A stretch of DNA of 28,965 nt. It comes from a virus (Duplodnaviria; Caudoviricetes). Shown here one piece after another: positions 24,881 through 28,965 of the stretch. The stretch is from positions 1 through 28,965 of the IMG/VR virus record IMGVR_UViG_3300032259_000016; one strand, given 5' to 3'. Position numbers and translations under genes: made by a program. The notes under the pieces are model-generated. The model was not told the DNA's origin and did not search any database. It saw only the letters and a list, made by a program, of their open reading frames with translations. Every line of letters starts with the position of its first letter. The first letter of the stretch is position 1.

Positions 24881-26344
24881 TTAATATCCAGCCTCCGGGT
24901 CAAGTGGTTTCCAACCATCATCATCGTTCATATCGTCAAGATCGTCCTCAGTCTTCGTATATTCAGCCATAGGCTCCGCAAAAGTCATAATGTGGGCATC
25001 GGCCTTATTTGGAGAGGTTGCACTGTCAGCAGTGGCCTCCTTGAGCCGTTTTTTCATACCGTCTTTACTCTCTATGACAATAAGACCTTTTGCTGTTATA
25101 GCGTATTTCGGTGTTGTTAGCTCTCCAAGAAGATCACTGTCTGAGTTATCCCAAAGTTTCCCTCTCCTCATTTCCAGCCAGTCCCGAAAATTTCCCCAAA
25201 GCTCATCCCTTAACTTCAGATAAACATTTGGCTGCGTCGCCGGTGATTCAGAAACATTTACAGGTGTGACGGGATAGTTTCGTTCATAAAGCCTGTCAAA
25301 TACCCCGGCGCCCACTCCGATAGTATCAATGAAGATCATTTCCGGCTTTTCCTTGTTCGCCAAGTGAGCCACATAGTTTGCAGTCTCCATCGTTGACTTA
25401 CCTCTAAGTATATGATAGGGAAGGAATTCATCACCCTGCCTTATAGCAATAACCGTGTCATCATCACCGTATCTGGCAACATCAACGCCGAAAACTTTTG
25501 GCAACTGTTTTTGGCTGGGTATCTCTCTGATAAGCGAATCTTCAACAAGGTCATAAGGAATAAATGAATCCCCGTCCCTTAGTGGAAATTTCCCCAAAAC
25601 TCTGACACGGTAAATATTTGAATCAATACCGTACTTCCTGGAAATACGCCTTGCGTATGTTGGTGGAGCTATAGGGCTATCAAGGCAACTCCACTGAAAG
25701 GTCGTGTATTCATCTTTGATTTTATGGTGGGAATGATAGAAAGTACCTGTAAGCCTTGTAGGATTGGCGCACATAAGTTCTTTTGTTTCGATTATTCCAT
25801 GTGCTCCATCAGCTACCTCAAAGATTGCCTCCGGTACTCCGCTGGCCTCATCAATAACTCTCAGTACATAATCAGCATGAAAGCCCTGGAGAGCTTCAGG
25901 ATTTTCTTTGGTTGCTGTTCTGGCTGCGGCAAACCACTCTTCGGGATATTGCTTATGGAAAAACTTTTCTTTTGTCCACTCAAACCTGTGGGCAAAGTAT
26001 GAACCGGCTCCCGATCTCAACATCATCCGGTGAACCTTGGATATTTCAGCCCAAAGGATATCATGCAATTGGTGCTTACTTGGGGCAGTGCAAGGAATCT
26101 TAGGGAAAAATCTGAAATTCATATAGTGATGAACTGCTACGGACTCAATAAAGCTCTTGCCGCACCCATGGCCTGAAGCAATAGAAATATGGTCATTAGT
26201 GTCCATGGCCTTGAGAGCATCCCCTTGCTGATCCGTAGGGGTAATGCCAATGATGTGCTTGCAGAATCCTACACGATCATTTTCAAACTCACGCATGAAC
26301 TGAAGAATTTTGCCATCTTTTTGATCTGCTGCTAATGCACCCAA
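24881..26344 (-). CDS. terL: Terminase large subunit
   Basis: Walker A SGHGCGKS, Walker B VIDEASG, coupling motif ANP, nuclease GVDVARYGDD and SPNKADA; TTG start with AAGGAG. Confidence 0.95.
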   Translation of the reverse strand: MGALAADQKDGKILQFMREFENDRVGFCKHIIGITPTDQQGDALKAMDTNDHISIASGHGCGKSFIESVAVHHYMNFRFFPKIPCTAPSKHQLHDILWAEISKVHRMMLRSGAGSYFAHRFEWTKEKFFHKQYPEEWFAAARTATKENPEALQGFHADYVLRVIDEASGVPEAIFEVADGAHGIIETKELMCANPTRLTGTFYHSHHKIKDEYTTFQWSCLDSPIAPPTYARRISRKYGIDSNIYRVRVLGKFPLRDGDSFIPYDLVEDSLIREIPSQKQLPKVFGVDVARYGDDDTVIAIRQGDEFLPYHILRGKSTMETANYVAHLANKEKPEMIFIDTIGVGAGVFDRLYERNYPVTPVNVSESPATQPNVYLKLRDELWGNFRDWLEMRRGKLWDNSDSDLLGELTTPKYAITAKGLIVIESKDGMKKRLKEATADSATSPNKADAHIMTFAEPMAEYTKTEDDLDDMNDDDGWKPLDPEAGY

Positions 26345-26362
26345 TCTTTTCTCCTTAAACGC

Positions 26363-26401
26363 AAAAAACCACCTGACGCTTACCGCATCAAAGTGGTTTT
26401 T
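26363..26401 (-). terminator. Long-stem terminator directly upstream of terL (possibly bidirectional)
   Basis: AAAAACCACTTTGATGC-GGTAA-GCGTCAGGTGGTTTTTT. Confidence 0.7.
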
Positions 26402-26445
26402 ACCCTCGCGTATTACCGAGGGGGAAACAATTATGTTTAAACTAA

Positions 26446-26541
26446 TTAACTATCTAAAAGCTCTTTAAGCTTGTTCGTTACTCCATTTAAAAGTCTTATA
26501 ATTTCTCGTAGTAATTTTTTCTGTACAGTATTTAAAGCCAT
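26446..26541 (-). CDS. 31-aa amphipathic helical peptide (not in the ORF track)
   Basis: Read manually: MALNTVQKKLLREIIRLLNGVTNKLKELLDS; ATG lies 2 nt after the LamG gene stop. Confidence 0.55.
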   Translation of the reverse strand: MALNTVQKKLLREIIRLLNGVTNKLKELLDS

Positions 26542-26543
26542 AA

Positions 26544-27275
26544 CTAAAACACCATTCCAAATCCGCCTAGTTTGCGCCTCTCTGCCGACAACCCACCTAA
26601 ACCTATTACTAAGCCATTTCCACTATTATAAATTTCTCCAATTTCTCCCGTGGCTGTTTGGCCTACACTTATTCCACCATCTGTTAGAACGCTATCAAAT
26701 ATTCGAGGGGTGTCTATATACCCGTCCCATTCCTCGCCACTACCTTGCTCAGACCGTCCTATATAATTTTGGCTATAAGCGAAAGAATTTAATGTTTTGG
26801 TTGCCCCTGCAACTAAAACCCCGTTTACATATAATTTTACAAAATTACTTGACGACACGCTTACAGCAACATGCACCCACTGGGCCAGAGGTATTAAATT
26901 AGGGTCTTGTAAATTAGCTGCTGCGCCGCCACCTGAGAACATGGCTTTTTTTTGGAAAATTACTATACTGCGCCTTGTCCCGCCCCCCGCATAGGGTTGC
27001 TCGCCCCAGTTTAGTATTGTGTATGCGCTAGACCCTATACCTGCATCCGCCCAGGCCCACGCGTCGATAGTAAAGTCATTCTTTAAGTCGAGCGTTGCCG
27101 GATAATCAGCTATAAAATAATCGTTTAACCCGTCGAATAAAGCTGAATGCGTCCCTAGCTTTTTGACACTAGAGGAATAAGTAGGGCCGAAAGCAGTAGC
27201 ATGGTTAAGGCCAATGCTATCAAGACCATTGTTGTCAAATAGCCATTGGGCTATACACTTATCTACAAGAGCCAC
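26544..27275 (-). CDS. LamG/concanavalin A-like domain virion protein
   Basis: AQWLFD, SALFDG, FTIDAW, WVHVAV...KLYVNG, YIGRS...WDGYIDTPRIFD. Confidence 0.88.
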   Translation of the reverse strand: MALVDKCIAQWLFDNNGLDSIGLNHATAFGPTYSSSVKKLGTHSALFDGLNDYFIADYPATLDLKNDFTIDAWAWADAGIGSSAYTILNWGEQPYAGGGTRRSIVIFQKKAMFSGGGAAANLQDPNLIPLAQWVHVAVSVSSSNFVKLYVNGVLVAGATKTLNSFAYSQNYIGRSEQGSGEEWDGYIDTPRIFDSVLTDGGISVGQTATGEIGEIYNSGNGLVIGLGGLSAERRKLGGFGMVF

Positions 27276-27616
27276 TACACCAATACCTTAATCGTCGTTG
27301 GTATATCCGGCTGAGACTCAGCTTCATCATGCCTGCAATCAGTTTCATACAATTTATTGCCTGCCGTACCCGTGTGAAAGAACCCTGGAACTGAATTTAA
27401 GGATTCACTGAAATTAGTCCTGCTTTCTTCTGTGTTAAAAAAAAGAGACCAACTTAAAGTATCAACACTCTCCATATTTGGTGACCGCGTTATTTCATTC
27501 CTTGCCCCGCTTCCATGATACAGATGTGAATCATTTATATCTGGCAGTGCAGCCTCCAAAGCATCAAGAAAGGTACTGTCATCACTTGATATGGATGTCC
27601 TTGAATAGTAAATCAT
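27275..27616 (-). CDS. Hypothetical protein
   Basis: 113-aa ORF coupled to both neighbours; CRHDE motif near the C-terminus. Confidence 0.65.
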   Translation of the reverse strand: MIYYSRTSISSDDSTFLDALEAALPDINDSHLYHGSGARNEITRSPNMESVDTLSWSLFFNTEESRTNFSESLNSVPGFFHTGTAGNKLYETDCRHDEAESQPDIPTTIKVLV

Positions 27617-27822
27617 TTGCCGTATGCCCTCTTTAACCTGCTAAGCTCTGCTTCGATAGAAGCATTATTAGAACCATCTTTATTTTTCCAAAGGGTGGCC
27701 CTAAACCATCCGGGCCTTTTGCCAACAAGATCAGAAACCTCTATCTTGTATCTCATCTTACCGAAAGCACTGGAGAGTGGATTTAAGGCCCTTACAGGCT
27801 TTATGTGGTGCAATTCATACAT
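27613..27822 (-). CDS. Hypothetical protein
   Basis: 69-aa ORF, ATGA overlap with the downstream gene. Confidence 0.6.
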   Translation of the reverse strand: MYELHHIKPVRALNPLSSAFGKMRYKIEVSDLVGKRPGWFRATLWKNKDGSNNASIEAELSRLKRAYGK

Positions 27823-27825
27823 CTA

Positions 27826-28143
27826 TTATCCCAACCCATTAATATGCAACGTCCCACCTGCAGAGTCCTGAATAACCGCTATCCTCGTATGATCTCCGCG
27901 TGTGTAATACCGTGTTGTATCAGCAGGCAGAAAAAAATCTGTAGTAGTAGCAGTCACAGTATCATCACTCAGGCTTATATAGCAGTCGGTATCAGAAAAT
28001 AATTCAAGAATTGCCACACCGCTATCAAAGTCGCTGGTAGACCTGGCAGAAGCAGCCCCTACCGTTATCTTGTCACTCCCTACAGTACCTAAAGCTCCCT
28101 GTATTGGGTTCCCGTTTCTATCTAATGCCAAGCCTGTCTTCAT
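27826..28143 (-). CDS. Small beta-rich putative virion protein
   Basis: ILELFSDTDCYI...ATTTDFFLPA...IAVIQ...GGTLHI pattern; GGAGG and ATGA overlap. Confidence 0.65.
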   Translation of the reverse strand: MKTGLALDRNGNPIQGALGTVGSDKITVGAASARSTSDFDSGVAILELFSDTDCYISLSDDTVTATTTDFFLPADTTRYYTRGDHTRIAVIQDSAGGTLHINGLG

Positions 28144-28547
28144 CTCTTTCCTCCTTGATTTATGGGTACCACGCTCCCATTGTCTATTCCCTCCTTCTTA
28201 GCTTCGGCCTGCCTCTCTTCATGTATCTTCTTCAGAGCATCATCGGCGTCCGTATGTTCGCCTTTATCCTTATCGGACTCAAACCTATGATCTGCAATAA
28301 CCTTGTCAGCAAAGAGTTTCTTGTAAAGCTCAGCAGCCTTCAGCCGGTCACTATGTTTTACCTTCAAATCAATCTCTATAGGGTTCCCGTCCTTATCAAA
28401 AGCTTTGGCAATATTTTCCTTCTCTTTGCCCTGGATCATCCTTAGAAGATAGAGCCGGATAATCTGCATATCCTTGATAATGCTCTTCTCGATAACCGCC
28501 AGTAATTTATGACGGGGAAGTTTTATTTCTTTTGCTTTGACAGTCAT
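28140..28547 (-). CDS. Putative terminase small subunit
   Basis: First gene of the packaging operon; VKHSDRLKAAEL resembles the TerS oligomerisation motif; lacks an obvious HTH. Confidence 0.55.
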   Translation of the reverse strand: MTVKAKEIKLPRHKLLAVIEKSIIKDMQIIRLYLLRMIQGKEKENIAKAFDKDGNPIEIDLKVKHSDRLKAAELYKKLFADKVIADHRFESDKDKGEHTDADDALKKIHEERQAEAKKEGIDNGSVVPINQGGKR

Positions 28548-28579
28548 TAGTCGCCCGATACCTTAGCCTATTAAGTTAT

Positions 28580-28718
28580 TTATGTATTCAAGGGGCAAGG
28601 GGAGTATATCACTCCAAGGGGTCAACCTACCTCAACGCTTTCACCTCATGGGACTAAATCACAAGTCACAGCTATCATGCGCCCGTTTCAGGACACATCC
28701 TGCCCCTTCAATACATAA
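28580..28718. repeat. 18-bp inverted repeat (17/18 match) enclosing 103 bp
   Basis: TTATGTATTCAAGGGGCA (28580-28597) and TGCCCCTTCAATACATAA (28701-28718). Confidence 0.8.
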
Positions 28719-28965
28719 TCATATACAATTACCCCTACACCCACACGCGCGTAATGTCAAGAAATATATCCACAGAAGAAAAACCTCTTCTTTTTGAAAA
28801 ATTTATTTTTAGAAGGAAGGTCTTCATGGGCAAGCCTTGTAAACCTCAGAATTTTTCAGGAAATTTTTCCCAACAAGACCTTCTTTGGTGGATGTAATAA
28901 GTGAAAAAACAGTCTCATCAATCCCTGCGGCTTCGTCAATCCGAAAGTTTGGAAATGTCGGGGGT

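Larger units (their letters stand above)
1..28965. mobile_element. Tailed bacteriophage/prophage genome segment, podovirus-like, N4-gp56-type capsid
   Basis: Terminase, portal, scaffold, capsid, tail-tube and ejection genes in canonical order, plus a phage recombination operon; no tape measure or sheath; no host housekeeping genes. Confidence 0.96.

Noticed and set aside
28582-28797. 71-aa plus-strand ORF
   Set aside because: No RBS, no recognisable motif, and it overlies inverted repeats in a probable regulatory region
1-28965. Alternative genetic code suggested by the odd tRNA
   Set aside because: Genes are full length under the standard code and all three stop codons are used; sense-codon reassignment cannot be judged without alignments

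Overview
The whole window is a tailed-phage (or prophage) genome segment with podovirus-like organisation. From 28547 down to 8826 the minus strand carries a morphogenesis operon: putative TerS, small virion proteins, a LamG protein, TerL, portal, scaffold, N4-gp56-family major capsid, decoration protein, adaptor and nozzle, a short fibre, a GNAT protein, three ejection proteins (the largest a 1463-aa metallopeptidase/LPD38 polyvalent protein) and a holin-like protein. A pair of divergent sigma70 promoters at 7687-7787 drives two units. The short rightward unit holds four small genes separated by shared repeats. The long leftward early/recombination operon holds an XRE HTH, a pentapeptide-repeat protein, an FtsK-gamma protein, a Bet/RecT recombinase, SEC-C, Gp37/Gp68, ASCH-like, a PD-(D/E)XK exonuclease, a candidate anti-defence sponge, KTSC and an internally deleted DHH gene. 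The most unusual element is a 146-nt tRNA-like RNA at 4686-4831 with a tRNA-Leu-type body, a Ser (GCU) anticodon and a structured 77-nt variable region, placed between the recombinase gene and a terminator. Other signals are attC-like cassette junctions, a 31-aa ORF plus hairpin plus terminator ahead of terL, and tandem RNA hairpins ahead of the scaffold gene. No integrase, endolysin, replication gene, reverse transcriptase or CRISPR array was recognised. All family assignments are from motif recognition by eye, without database searches.
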